From: Novakomyces olei
Lineage: Eukaryota
NCBI GenBank assembly: GCA_016906335.1
Contig: JADEYG010000012.1
Location: forward strand, 496,001-560,000
DNA: 64,000 bases
Direction of reading: 5' to 3'
The notes beneath the pieces are model-generated. The model was not told where the DNA came from. It saw only the letters and a list, made by a program, of their open reading frames with translations, and made no database searches. How positions within the stretch are numbered: position 1 is the stretch's first letter; the number at the start of each line of letters is the position of its first letter. The position numbers and the translations under genes were made by a program. Shown in pieces: positions 1 to 13,397 of the stretch.

Positions 1-828
1 TTCGCACGTGCGCTTTAGTATGTCAGCCGAGTGGCTCAATAAAAAAATCTTGTAGTATACTATGCGAACATGACACAAAAAACCAAGTAACATAGTCCAC
101 GACTGTCATCGGGTATTAATAAATTAAATGTCTATAAATCGATTGACATTCTGTCGTATCGCCTGAACAACTAATGCCTCTAATGCCGATTAATTGAACA
201 TCATGATTTTTCTCTTTCAACGATCCACGCCTATCTAACAACAATTCTGGGTCCCTTCAAATTCAACTGCTTTCAACTATAGCAAGTCAATAGTCTACTT
301 TTCCATAGGCAAGATCTCCAACGCGCAAAATCGATTCGGTGCCTAATTTGTGCAGCCGGAGTAATCCTCCGTTCTGATTGGACACGCGGGGAACTGACCG
401 TTGCACCTATAAGAGGTAGACGAACGTTGAGTGTCCCACTCGGGTAACAACGACGTCAGACGTGTGACCAGCAGCCCGGAACTCGCACACAACATCCGGC
501 CTGATTTAAAAGTGCGCCAGACAAATTTGGGCCGCATTAGGTACGATGTTTACATCTATGCTGTCATAACCCGACAGATTTGGCCCTGATGAAATCACCA
601 GTGTATTATTTCTATAGGAAACTGCCTCCCTACTTGGATAGTGTGTTTTTATTGTGAATTGCTTGACCTTTGCGACCAGAAAAATGGTGTGTGCGCACAG
701 TCGCAATCACTACTTGAGTCATATAAATATTCTTGTCTGATTCTTTCCACGTATCCCGAAGTCTAGTATATAGGTTCTAATTAACGCTTAAACTCGGACC
801 AACGAAGGCTCAAGAGCAAGCGCACAAA

Positions 829-1267
829 ATGTCTATTTATGCCTTCCTTGTCAGTGTCGCCGTGGGCGTTGCTGCGGCAGCAAATAGCACTGACCCAAAC
901 TTTCCCGCCAGCGTCGGCTACGGCGGGCCGGTTGCGACCAGCGTCAAACCTTTTTTGAGGGCTACGGATCCCGTCCCCGGGTATTCCATGGCTGCGAATG
1001 CCTCGACAGCTTCTTATACTCGCGCTCCATCTCCTCTTCAAACGGCTTACAATATTTCCAACAGCACTGTTTCATGGGTGAATGAAACTGCAATGGAGGA
1101 TGAGACCTTTATCGTTTCAGATAATTGGGCCGAGCTGAAGCCGTATGAGCCCTCGCCAGGGTTTGGCGTTGCCGAATTTTCGCTGCCTCCTCAATGCCGA
1201 GTGACATGGGCTCACTACGTAGGTCATCATTTATTTTTATTTTTATTTTTATTTTTATTTTTATTTA

Positions 1268-1303
<36 letters not shown>

Positions 1304-2908
1304 TCCGCGGCTATTATGACCAAAAATCTTTTTGCTTTTATTCGACATTTCATACGCTATCGTCCCTATTTACGTATATAATTCTCTGCCCCGCGATTGA
1401 AGAATATATTTTCGTATTACAATATAATAATAATTTAAATGCATATATTATTTCGCCCTGCTTACTCTTAGCTCCATCGACATGGCGCGCGATACCCGAC
1501 TGGCTTTAGGGAATTGTTTGGATTGATCAGCAATCTTTCAAATGCGAGCGCGGAATTTTCGGGTCCTTTGTCCTTCCTCAATGATTATACCTACTCGTTG
1601 GGCGAAGAGATTTTGACTCCAGTCGGAAACGAAGAGCTCTTCAGCTCCGGAGTTGATGCCTTTTACCAGTACGGTCAGCTGTGGAGCACTTCTCCAGGTG
1701 CTCCTAAGCTCGTAGCGCGTACGACATCACAACAGCGAATGCTGGACTCGGCAAAGTACTTCTTGCTAGGCTTTGCTGGCTTGAATTGGGACGATTATTT
1801 CAACTTGCAAGTTATAATTGAAGACGAGTCCGGCCGGTTCAATAATACATTGAGCCCCACTGGCAACTGTCCTAATGCCGCCGAATTTGATCTTGGTACT
1901 GAGGCAAGCCACCAATGGGCCCAAATATACTTGCAAAATGCTACAAGCAGACTGCAAAACTATACTGAAGGCTATAATTGGACTGTAGTTGATGCTTTTG
2001 CCGCACAGCAGCTGTGCCCATATGAAGCAAACGCTCTCGGCTACTCTGGTATGATTTGCTATTATTACATTTCTGTTGGTTATTGTTCAGTGATAATGGG
2101 ATTTATTTTTTTTTATTAATCAATCATTAATTCACTCTACTAACTCTCAGAATTTTGTGATTTGTTCACGGAAGAAGAATGGAAAGGCTTCGAGTATGCC
2201 AACGATCTCTCATTCAATGGCAACTATGGCTTTGGTAACCCGACCGGTCGTGCTCAAGGCCTTGGATGGGTAAACGATTTCCTTCGACGCCTTGAAGATC
2301 GTGCGTATAACGCCTCGACCCAATCGACCGAGAATAGGACACTGGACAGCAGCAATACGACTTTCCCAACAAACCAGAGTCTTTACTTTGATTTCACTCA
2401 CGACAGTACTATTGTATCTATCCTTGCTGCACTCGGATTAACCCAGTTCGCTGAGGAATTGCCCACAAATGGACGCTCGCCAATCAACGAGACTAGAGCG
2501 TTTAATCTTGCACATTTAACTCCGTTTTCTGCCCGTCTTGTTTTCGAAGTTATTGAATGTGATGAGCCGGTAAATATCACCAATAACACCTACGCTTTGG
2601 GCAATTATACGGGCCATTACTACTCAGGTTATAATAGCTCTCGCCCCTATCACAATAATACGAGCACGGGCAGCGGCAGTAATACTACTACCAGCTACAT
2701 CCATCTACTGCTTAACGAGCGAACTGTTCCACTTGGCGCGTCTTATGCCGCCTGCGGGAATCGATCTGATGGATGGTGTGATCTTAGCACATTCACCAGC
2801 GAGCTGGCCAGTGTTAACGAGGAGGTCAATTTTACGTTTGCCTGTCACGGGGACTACAATGCTACTTCGACATCTACTACAGGCCTACCGCCACCTACTT
2901 CTGCATAA
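829..2908 (+). CDS. Secreted histidine acid phosphatase / 3-phytase, 3 exons (introns 1219-1471, 2049-2150)
   Basis: Signal peptide; splicing restores LHRHGARYP (RHGxRxP); FTHD motif; many N-glycosylation sequons. Confidence 0.93.
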
Positions 2909-3369
2909 GCTGAAGCGTATTTGGGTCTAATTAATTGTGATAAATATAAAGATATCATAACTTGTTTGATATCTTTTCTTTTGTAATTTGATTTTCATCT
3001 TCTCTTAAAAGCGACGATTAGCGCAAACGTTGAATTGTTGTCTCTATTTTTGAATGCCGGCTTGCAAGCTTTGGCATTTATCTCGAGTCCTATATTATCA
3101 AATTTCGGAGGCTTTCGTGTTTGTGACAGGCCTTGTTGTATGATTTAATGTGAAATCAATCTGACATTTTAAAAAGAAAAGAATAAAAGGTATGTCAAAT
3201 GGAAGGGCTTTGGCCATGGAAAATATTTCGTCATGTGAGAAAGGAGGTATACTCTTTGATTTATATGGACATCTTCACCGATTTCAATTAATGTTGTATA
3301 ATAATGGAGCGAACGAATTGAATATAGACTGAAGTAGACCTGTTTGTTCAGAGACTAGATACAAGCCAA

Positions 3370-3671
3370 ATGAGTAAGCAGCCGCCTCCCTACTCTCGTG
3401 GTCCGTACTACGGACCGCCGCCGCCCTATCCCTCATATAACGGCATGCAGGGATACCAGAGCATGCAGATGCAGCCTTACTGTAAATCCTGAGCACTGAC
3501 AAACCGATACTGACTTATGTAGACATAAACACACAGCAACGTCGACGTCATCCACAGGGAATGCATATCTTTACTACCGGACTGCTCGCGTCATTATGCA
3601 TGATTTGCTGCCTAGACGGTAAACGCCCGTTTCTCACAAACCATCGCTAATTTTAAGCACTTTTTGTATAA
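3370..3671 (+). CDS. CYSTM (cysteine-rich transmembrane module) protein, 73 aa, introns 3482-3522 and 3619-3657
   Basis: Spliced product MSKQPPPYSRGPYYGPPPPYPSY...GLLASLCMICCLDALFV*; GT..CTGAC/CTAAT..AG introns keep the frame; absent from ORF track. Confidence 0.85.
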
Positions 3672-3966
3672 ATGTTTGCAAAGTTAATTAGCAGTTTAAT
3701 GACGCTTTTGATCCTGTGACAGTGACCAAAGATTGGCGGTTGCTCTTGTTGCAACAGTGATACTCGTAGAACAGCGTGTTTACAAATAAATATTGTATGG
3801 GAAGTTTCATAGATATTGTAATACTTGAACAAAAGCGTATGTATATACGCAGAACCTTTAGACAAGTTGGCAGCAACTATACTTGCAAGGAAGCGTTCGC
3901 ATAAAAGTACAAGTCTGCATTGGATTACTTACAAACATTTCAGCTGTAGGCCTGTCGCTCAAAATT

Positions 3967-3986
3967 AGGGTAGGGTACAAGTCACA
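3967..3986 (+). promoter_or_regulatory. Homol-E (AGGGTAGGGT) plus Homol-D-like (AAGTCACA) ribosomal protein promoter
   Basis: Exact Homol-E and 7/8 match to CAGTCACA, about 50-70 bp upstream of the RPS16 ATG. Confidence 0.8.
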
Positions 3987-4033
3987 AATGTAAACCATAA
4001 TCAGAATCGACAGAGCGTCAAACACTATACACA

Positions 4034-4497
4034 ATGGCAGAGTCAGTGCAGTGTAAGTTGTGCAGTTTGAATCCAAATCTAATCGTTCAGGCTTCGGCAG
4101 GAAGAAGAATGCCACCGCGGTTGCGCACGTGAAGGCCGGCAAGGGTCTGGTAAAGGTCAATGGATCTCCTATCAGCCTTGTGCAGCCTGAGATTCTGCGC
4201 AACAAGGTATACGAGCCATTCCTCGTGATCGGCACAGACAAATTTGCGGGCGTCGATATCCGTGTACGCGTGTCTGGTGGTGGTTTCGTTTCTCAGGTTT
4301 ATGCTATCCGACAAGCTATCTCCAAGGGTATTGTTGCCTTCTACCAAAAGTATGTCGATGAAGCCTCCAAGGAGGAGATCAAGCGTGCACTTATCACCTA
4401 CGACCGTACTCTCCTAGTAGCCGACCCGCGCCGTATGGAGCCCAAGAAGTATGGAGGTCCAGGCGCTCGTGCTCGCTATGCCAAGAGCTACCGATAA
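4034..4497 (+). CDS. RPS16: 40S ribosomal protein S16 (uS9), intron 4053-4090
   Basis: [18 protein letters not shown]...[13 protein letters not shown]. Confidence 0.98.
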
Positions 4498-5041
4498 ATT
4501 TTCATACTCGCCCTCATGGCAAAAGCATAATAATATTTCTGGTGAAGCAGTGTTGCAGGCTTGTGGGCCTGCAAGTATTTTGCAAGCTCAAGTATTTTTT
4601 GTTGACCTGATATAGTGTAGATGGTGCTGTGATCCCAACGTTGAGAAGCCTGCTATGCTCAACTGATGGTCGTGCAACATCACAGTAGATTTATGATGCT
4701 ATAATGCTAATGGCCACGCACAAGATCCTTAAAATATACGCCCTTTATATGTTCAAACTTGTATTTTAACCTAGCGTCTAGCTATTACAATTATTGGACT
4801 AGTTTCAACCAAAGCAAATCACATAGAATAATTCATGAATGCATGTCAAATGCATATTTCTCGCCAAAAACGACAGGCCGTGCAAGCATACGTTGCAAGC
4901 ATTGGTCGTATCACGCATTAGAACTCCACCATAACACCATAACATAGCAGAATCATATGTATAAAATATGGATTCAAACGGGAACATCCAATTCGGCAGA
5001 CTTGGAAGAAAAGGCTCTTTTCAATTAATTCAAATTTAAAT

Positions 5042-6657
5042 TCAACGCGAATCATTAGGTTCATTCAAAAGCCGTTCAGACAAAGCCCGATTTTGTACAG
5101 ACTGGGACATTACCAAAGACGAATGAACAGCATCGTCCCATAATTTACCGCGCTCTACAATTCCAGAATCTTCGTTTCCTCCAAAATCCAAAGAGCCATC
5201 CTCACCGCCCCTCTCAGTAACAGTGGGTGAGCGTAAACGTGGTGGCCTGCCAACAAGCAATTCAGGCTCTTCAGAGACACCATTTAAACTCGGATGCTCG
5301 TCCTCCTCGAGCAAAGGATTAACATTTGGAGCTGCTGCCAAGCTTCCACGATGAGAACGAGTGCTCGAATTACCGCCATTAGCGTCAGCGGACGGAAAAG
5401 CAGACCCAGATGGTCGAGTGATAGATATAGGCAATGAAGTAGCGAAATCAGAACCTGCAACATCAGAGTCAAGAACAGGACTTTCGGATCTGGTGGAGAT
5501 ATCACTTTTGTCCTCACCCACCGCGCTTTCACTTGCATCACGTAAGGATTCCGGTACTTGGGCAGACGGAAAAGATTCGTCATCCAAATCGAACAAAGAA
5601 TCCTCATAATGCCCATCCCTGCTATTATCTGTGTCTTTATGTTGTTGCTTTTCACCTGCAGATACAGCGGCCTTGTCTAGCGCACCAGACATGGTTCGTT
5701 TCATGGGTTCGCGTGTATCCAAATCCGCCACCGGCGGATCGTACGTCGAAGATTCTCTGCGTTTTGTGTTTGCCAGCAAACTGGACGCGTCCTGCACTCG
5801 GGAATCGGCTGTTGACTCTTCAATACTCGCCTGTCTTGATTTTAATTCTTGACCCCTTCTTGAGCTGCTTTCATCTCCTTGTTTCACTGTGTCCACCGGT
5901 ATCTGCCGGGGAAAAGGCTGTGGTTCTTTGCGACTCTCTCCAAGAGACAGCTCCCTGTCGCTAGCCAGTTCCGCTTCGCTTCGTCCATGTTCGCTCCTGC
6001 TCTGTGTACTGGCGTCTCTGTTTCCACGATCGATGCTTTTTGCTACTACGCTGGACAAGTAATCCGCTTCTGCCGCTGCCCGAGTACGAAACTCTGCAAA
6101 TTCTCGGGCAACGCGTTCCGCATAGTCGCTCTGTGCTGCGAGTAGACGCGCCCGCACTGAATCGCTTGTAACAACGATACTCGGAGGGACTGCGCTTGGC
6201 CAAAGTGCAGTCAGATCTACACTTGCTATTTGCGGGCGGCGCAGAGATTTGGGCAGTCGGGTTTCTGGGTAGAGGACAGAGGCACAGGTTTCCTCAGTGA
6301 AGGGGAACGCGTCCTTGTCCACGTGAACAAAAGAGTCCTCTGATATATGTGCAAAGGGCAAAGGCCGCTCCATCATACTGTCACACAGCAAACAGCTGAT
6401 TGTGCAAACTTGGCTGTCCTGGCTGTGGTCGCGCTCAGTGCGAAACGCTAAAGAATCTTGCACTGCCTGCGTCTGTTAGCCACCAGACGACTCGAATGTC
6501 TGTCTGCCTTTAACCCTCAAGGATTAACGACCGAAAAAGGATTAAATCTCGAAAAGGATCAAACTTGAAAACCGCTTACCACAGCAATATCTTGTACACT
6601 AAGCTGTACGTCATCGCTTTTTATTCTTACGTTGCCACATCCGCACAACGTCCTCAT
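5042..6657 (-). CDS. Uncharacterised protein of about 500 aa with N-terminal CxC...CxxC and a disordered C-half; PRAS40/Lobe-like motifs (intron 6467-6579)
   Basis: Exon 1 MRTLCGCGNVRIKSDDVQLSVQDIAV splices in frame (GTAAGC..GCTAAC..CAG) to the 473-aa ORF. Confidence 0.8.
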
Positions 6658-7008
6658 CAGCGCCTTTAAAGGTCAGACAAGGTGCTTCACGTGCGTCGTT
6701 TGTTTTGTTCAAACTACCGAATCAATGACATAACCATTTTCGATCTGTGTATATTTATTTGGATTTCATTATAGTATGCGAGTTCAATCAGAATTGGAGG
6801 ACTATTGTATGAGATCTATTTATTAAATATTACTTGTGTGTCTCTCAGAGACGTGCTTATCGCGAGTACATTACTTGAATAAAAATGGTAGTGTCAAGAT
6901 ATAATCACGGGCCCCGTGATTATATGTTTTTTAGATTCCATGTCGGAGCAGAGTGCAGCGTACATTCTATTGAAAACAATGAAACTTTTATTAGACATGC
7001 CTATGCAA

Positions 7009-8490
7009 TCAATGCTCGCGAGGAGCGCTCGGTGTCGCCTGCCGTGCTTCGAGCCTCTCCCCATATGTTGGCCGAAAAGTAGGCATAAGTGCCACTGGTT
7101 TGGGTTGAGGGTCTTCACGGAAAAACTCATGCGCCAGAGCTTCACTGGCAGAAATACGTTGCAACGGGTCCATTGTTAAAAGCCTCTGCATCAAGTCGCG
7201 GCCTACGCGAGAAAGACGGGGAAACTTTTCGTCCAGTGCCCTACAAGTTTGCTCCTGTGCACTTATTTTCGTCGCTGGCAGACTGATCTTGTCGCTGTTT
7301 GGCAACTGCCGAAACCGTGGCCACTCTTTTGCCGACGGAACCCCGAGCACTTCAAACAGCTGTTGTAAGTAAGGCTTGTCTATTAGTGGCATACCTTCAC
7401 AATCTGGTTGAGCTCGCTTTTGCCCGCCAGCAAAGGCTCTCGCTGGAGCAGTTCGGCAAAAATACAGCCAATGCTCCACACGTCTATTTTATCCGTATAT
7501 CGTGTGTCGCCAAATAGTAATTCTGGAGCCCTAGAAATTAGTAAACTTACGGGGAAACAGACAAGATAAGTCAACAAAAAACTATTTTATCTTTATACAA
7601 ATACTGAATACGAGCACTGACCTGTACCACAATGTAACAACGACCGGAGTAAGCCGTTCATCCGTACCAGAAATGTTCCTTGCCAATCCGAAATCGCCCA
7701 ATTTGAGGATACCTCGGTTCGTCATTAGTATATTGCTCGTTTTAATATCGCGATGAACAATGTGATTCTCGTGGAGAGCGACGGCAGCACTGAGCAATTG
7801 ACGCAAAAGAGTCTTTGTTTCCGATACCGTGAATGTCTCTTGCATATCAAGCAGAAGTGCTTTGAGATCGTGCTCTATAAACTCCATAATCAAGTAAACT
7901 TCATCCAGATCTTTGCCGACACACACCTTTAGCGTATTAGCAAATACGATTTTAATCAATACTGCAAGGCCTACCTCTTGCAAATCCACAATATTCTCGT
8001 GTTTTACCGACATGAGAGCATGAATCTCTCGCAATCCCGACATTGGAAATCCCGCATTTTCTCGTGCAAGTTTAAGGCGCTTTACTGCGACAATACGACC
8101 AGTCGCGTTCTCGCGAGCACGGAAGACTATACCATAACTGCCTTGCTCAATATGATTTAATCGTGTAAATTCGTCAATTCCGCGACACGGCCGTAGCCAT
8201 CGGCCAAGCACAGCAGGATTAGATTTTTTTAGTGCCTTTTCACGATTATTTTCGAGCGTTTTCTGTTGACTGTCGCTCTCAACTTCCACATTATCGCCGA
8301 CTTTATTGTCACTGGTTTCATGCGATTTTCTATCACGCACAACTCCCGACGCTTCCAAATCCTTATTCACATTTTGCTCTGATTTTAATTGTGCCTTGAT
8401 CCTGCTCGATTCTTTTTTGCGCCGTTTTTGGTCTCGTCGCGCCACCGAATCTTCCTCGTCAGACTCGTCCCACCTCGATTTAGGAGGCAT
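7009..8490 (-). CDS. cdk11: CDK11/PITSLRE-family cyclin-dependent kinase, 3 introns
   Basis: [42 protein letters not shown] across splices; charged N-terminus. Confidence 0.9.
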
Positions 8491-8592
8491 CTGTTGATAT
8501 ATTATTCGTATTTATCATGTATTTATTAGTAAATAATTAATATAGTTTGTAATTTATATAAAATTAAGATAAATCATAATCTCAGACTGACA

Positions 8593-10146
8593 ATGCGGCG
8601 ATGGCGGCTTGCGACGCTTCCATTTGGACGTTCATTCACGCGTACACGCTGCTACGCTACATCCTCTTCTCATCCCAATGGCGATGGTAAAAACTTGGAA
8701 ACTGACTCAGAAAAAAGCGCATTGTTATCGCGGTACTTATTTGAAATGATTCAGGTAAATTTACGTCACAGTTTGTGCTGCTAACTTCCTACAGACTACG
8801 GGACCGCTTACTTTATCCACTTTTATGCAACAATGCCTTACGAATCCTCAGGCGGGCTATTATACGACACGGGACCCTTTTGGTGCAAAGGGCGATTTTG
8901 TTACCTCGCCTGAGATTTCACAAATGTTTGGAGAATTAGTCGGAGTTTGGATTGCCAGTGAACTTTTAGGCACAGCGAAACGGTCATTGACCTTGGTGGA
9001 ATTGGGGCCCGGCCGTGGGACCCTGATGGATGACGTTCTTCGTGTAAGCAGATTTCTCTAGAGTGGGTTTATGCTTTTATCAGAAAAAAAAAATGTGAAA
9101 CTAGAATAAAGTAAACTAAAATGAAATAAAACAAAGCTAAATAAAAACAAACTGAATAATGCGGAGCAGGATCCTCTGTCTTTTGTTTTCTATTCGTCAA
9201 ATCATGCTCCTTTCGTTTTTTGCACGATTTCTCAGTCATCCCTTCTAATAACAAACAGACACTGTTGCAAATAGGTGCAACTCGCTCGGCAGTAAAGCAT
9301 GTCTACATGGTCGAAGCCAGCCGCACATTGAGGCAAATACAAATGCAAAAACTTTGTGGTGCTCATGCCCAGCCAACCACTGGCCCTGACGGGAATAGTG
9401 AGACGGCAAAAAGTGTATATGGCTGCCCGATTACGTGGTATGAACAGCTTTCACAAGTACCTACTGCACTGGAAGCAACACCATTCTTTTTAGCGCATGA
9501 ATTTTTTGATGCTTTACCGATTCATGCCTTTGCTCGTACAATTGCCGGTTGGCGGGAAAGGTTAGTTGATTCAGCTGAGAATTCACCTTCGTCTTTCAAT
9601 ATGACACTTGCAAAAGGCCCGACCAAGCACAGTATGCTTTTACAGCAATTGTCTCCACGCTATGCCACACTGACCCCGCCAGCACGCATTGAAGTCAGCT
9701 TTGAAGGACTGGGCATAATGCAGCAAATTACGGATCGAGTACGACGGTCTGGCGAAGGGTCCGCCTTGATTATGGATTATGGCCCAGCAGGAACAGTCCC
9801 CGTTGACTCATTACGTGGCATTCGGGCTCATCGGCTAGTTGATCCGTTCAAGGAACCAGGGTCAGCTGATCTTTCGGCAGACGTTGATTTTGCCGGTCTT
9901 TGTGAAGTTGCAAAGGCAGCGGGATTGCATTCACATGGACCCGTGACTCAATCACAATGGCTGCGGGCAATGGGGATTGAGCTACGGAGAGATATGATGA
10001 TTAAAGCACATCCAGACGATAAGGCTCGGACAGAGAGAATAAAGGCAGCTTACCATCGTCTAACGGATACCACACCAAACGCAATGGGCAAGACTTACAA
10101 GGTCCTGGCTGTTTCGGGCCGGCAAAGGTCAACGGCTTTTGTATGA
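8593..10146 (+). CDS. NDUFAF7: Mitochondrial protein arginine methyltransferase, complex I assembly (MidA/NDUFAF7); introns 8755-8794, 9044-9258
   Basis: GDFVTSPEISQMFGE, VELGPGRGTLMDD, AHEFFDALP, DLSADVDF; transit-peptide-like N-terminus. Confidence 0.95.
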
Positions 10147-10404
10147 CAAGTGATATTGTACTGTACAACATGACAATATTAAAGATCAACATATAGAAAA
10201 TAATAAATAATGAAATTCAATCAATTAGTGTGATCAAGTCATTGGTGTAATTACTAAACTAATTAAAATAAATATTTATAAATTAATATTTCTATAAAAT
10301 ATTGATGTAAAGTTTTTACCAAATAAAAAAATTGAATCCAGTATCAAACATGATTGCTATTAAAAATCAGCAGTAAGCGTTAATAGTGCTATGCAATCGA
10401 TATA

Positions 10405-11845
10405 TCATGCGCTATCGTCTTCACTATGTTCCTCCGATTCAGCCTCGCCTGCATCTCCATTCAATGATTCCTCTAAAGGCTCTCCTTCTTCCTGGCTTTC
10501 TTCCAGCTCATCCTCCTCTGGAGGCTCTGTCGTCTCTGGGTCATTAGCGTAACGCACACGCTTCAGTTCCCTTAATTCCCTGTCTGTGAAAGGTCGCGTA
10601 TGCATTTCAAATAAAGCATTTCTGTCTGCCTCTACAGTGGTTCTCTTACGCCGCAGAGTGCCTCGCGCACGCAGAGATTTATATTCAAAGTAGTCCTCTT
10701 CGTTCTTATTGTCCTTGTGAAGAACTAAAGCAACTTCTTCACTATCACTCTCCATCAGCTGTAACGTATTGTAAAACTCTCGACACCGTCGCAGTGTAAA
10801 AGTCTCGCCTTTATCCGCATCTTGTGCGCTTTTATACTGCAAAAGACGCTCAGCAGTCTCCTCGTCAGGAACATAAAGCACGAGCTGATCTTCGCCCCGG
10901 TCTGTCGTCTCTGAAGATATAATACTTGCACTGAGCACAGTCTCTGTAGAGTTCTGTTTGTAATTAGCTTTTGGTTGGGGAAACGCACCGACAAACAAAG
11001 CATATACGAGGAAACATGTTATACATAAATCATCAAAAAAGGGCGGAAAGAAGAAAAAAGGAGAAAGAAACCCAAAACAAACAAATAAATAAATAAATAA
11101 AATAAAAAATCCATTCAGAAATGCACATAGCTACCAGCAGCGGCTGTTTGTGCCAATGTATACGGCGGCATACCTCTGATTTTTTACTTAAAGGATTATC
11201 GACAAACTTGACCATAATATGATCGTGGTGTCCATCAATGTCAGGAAAAATTGGCCAAGATTCCTCCACGTGTACGTCTGGCTTATTAGGGTGCGTCAAG
11301 CGCGAGATGTCTCCATTCACGCTATCAAACATTGCCTCAATCTCCTTTGCCTGGCGGTACGGATCCACGAGAGAACGGCCCCGGGACTCTTCGCTTTGAA
11401 ACCCGATACCATTGCCATCCTTATCCGCATTTCGCTGAGCGTTACGTGCACCCTCTGACGAAATGTACTCGGTGCGCCGTAGAAAAGAGGTTTGTGCAGC
11501 TGGTTGTGCACCGCTGTTATCTGCACTATGCAAAAGCGCTTGATCCTTTGGATCAAGCGTCTCTATAGCATCAGCTGCCGCTGTGACTGAAAGCGGAGGA
11601 GCTAAAAGGCTCTGAGAGGTAAACCCATCTGCACTCAAATCAAGAGGCATTCCCGCTTCTGGATCAACGTCCACATTTAAGGCGCTCTGCTGTAGCAAAT
11701 TGGCTGCAAACGCAGTGCTCGTGAATTCTTCAATCTGAACCGGAATTCGAAGCAATTTCGGAGGAAACGGGGGTGGCGGTAGCGGATTGCCGTACCGCAC
11801 ACGCAGGATATAGTCCTGCCTCCGCGGCACCGCTTTCCGCGACAT
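10405..11845 (-). CDS. PAF1: RNA polymerase II-associated factor Paf1 (intron 10954-11173)
   Basis: RQDYILRVRYGNPLPPPPFPPKLL, FLRRTEYISS, HPNKP motifs; acidic tail. Confidence 0.93.
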
Positions 11846-11983
11846 GGCCACTGTGTGGAAAAGGGTAAAAAAACACTGTATATTGCAACAGTGCAATTGT
11901 TCAATATAATCATTAATGAATAAAGAATAATAATAATTCAGCCAACTACCATGCAACAGACTATTAGTTCGATCTGATTAAAT

Positions 11984-11996
11984 AAACCCTAACCCT
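11984..11996. promoter_or_regulatory. AACCCT/telo-box (AAACCCTAACCCT) in the PAF1-PPR divergent promoter
   Basis: Two tandem CCCTAA-type units between divergent start codons. Confidence 0.6.
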
Positions 11997-12067
11997 ATCT
12001 ATTATTATTATTATTATTTAATAATAAATTATTATTAGGACTCGTCGCAAGGACTTGTCGCAAGAGC

Positions 12068-13240
12068 ATGGCTCTAAAAGGCTGGCGCAGAGAGCGGGTA
12101 AAGCCATTACGTGGCGGCCGCGTAATACCCTCTCGCCCACTGCGGCCGGTTGTTATTGACAGATCCCAGAGTTTACAAGTGCAGCGTGTACAGCTGCAGA
12201 GGCACGTCTACAGCCTTGTCAATTCTCCAACTGCCCCGGCTTCACGAGTTTTGCCAGAGCTCAAACGCGTTTGTCAGCCCGGCAATGATCATTTGGTGGG
12301 TATCCGCGTCCTCAATCAGATACTGCACTATTACTTAAACGTCCGCGACGACAGGCGTCAGGGCAGAGCTTTTCTACAGCGCATTCTTCTTCCTCGCAGT
12401 GAACCGGATCGGGTTACGTTCAACACGCTCCTAAAGCACTTGAGCCGGCACGCAAAAGCGCCCGGTGACCGGTACAGTCTTGGGCTGTTTATGCGTGTTT
12501 TGGGGCAAATGCACCAGTTGAAGATTGAGCCGGACGCGTACACGTGGGCAATGATACTCAAGGTAGCGAGGCCTCAGGATATACCCAATTTGCTACGGTT
12601 CATTGAGCGATCAGGTGTCCATCTGACTGCTCCTTTGCTCGGCGTGGCCTTGAGCTCGGCACGTACGGACTGGCGTGCGTGGCTTGAGCAAAAGGCAAAA
12701 GTGCCTGCGCCACAGCGATTAGCTGTAACGAATACCCTTCTGCGCCATGCAATCACGAGGAACGAGATTAGCAGTGCAGAGGTTTGGCAGGTGGTGGATA
12801 CTTGGGCACAGCATTTCGTGTTTGACCACTATATATACAGTGCAATGCTGAGTAGGGCCCGGCACGAACGTGACTGGGAAGCGGCACTGGACACCCTGCG
12901 CCGATACTACCGCCACCATACCGTTAATGAACACGTTCTTTCCCGATTATTACCGGCTTTTGCGGCTGCAGGTCGCCGCCGGGAGCTGGTGACAGCGGTT
13001 GAAATTGCACATTTAGAGATTGCTGTAATCGGACGGCCATTAAAACAGTATCTACGGAGGCTGCCTATAGAGGTGCCATTGCAGCCAAAGCCTGTTTCAG
13101 AGGCCTGTATACAAGAATGGGAGGCATTGACAGGGCAGCCTTGGCACCGTCGTGCTCTTAATGAGAGACTGCGGCAGCAAACAGAGGTGGAATTTGCTCT
13201 TACTGTGCAGAAATGGAGGGTCACGAATATGATAGAGTAA
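12068..13240 (+). CDS. Pentatricopeptide-repeat (PPR) protein, probably mitochondrial
   Basis: PDRVTFNTLLKHL, PDAYTWAMILKV, DHYIYSAMLS repeats; Arg-rich N-terminus. Confidence 0.8.
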   Translation: MALKGWRRERVKPLRGGRVIPSRPLRPVVIDRSQSLQVQRVQLQRHVYSLVNSPTAPASRVLPELKRVCQPGNDHLVGIRVLNQILHYYLNVRDDRRQGRAFLQRILLPRSEPDRVTFNTLLKHLSRHAKAPGDRYSLGLFMRVLGQMHQLKIEPDAYTWAMILKVARPQDIPNLLRFIERSGVHLTAPLLGVALSSARTDWRAWLEQKAKVPAPQRLAVTNTLLRHAITRNEISSAEVWQVVDTWAQHFVFDHYIYSAMLSRARHERDWEAALDTLRRYYRHHTVNEHVLSRLLPAFAAAGRRRELVTAVEIAHLEIAVIGRPLKQYLRRLPIEVPLQPKPVSEACIQEWEALTGQPWHRRALNERLRQQTEVEFALTVQKWRVTNMIE

Positions 13241-13326
13241 TGGGCATTCTGTCGTGTGGATCAGTGCATGCATGACTAATGATGAGATTTGTTTGGAGAC
13301 CATTATTTGAGACCATTGTTGGTAGA

Positions 13327-13397
13327 CACTTTTGTAGTCACTTTTGTAGTCACTTTTGTAGTCACTTTTGTAGTCACTTTTGTAGTCACTTTTGTAG
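13327..13397. repeat. (CACTTTTGTAGT) x6 minisatellite between convergent genes
   Basis: Direct reading. Confidence 0.95.

Noticed and set aside
13327-13397. Regular repeats as a CRISPR-like array (also 35627-35703)
   Set aside because: No spacers; simple tandem minisatellites in a eukaryote
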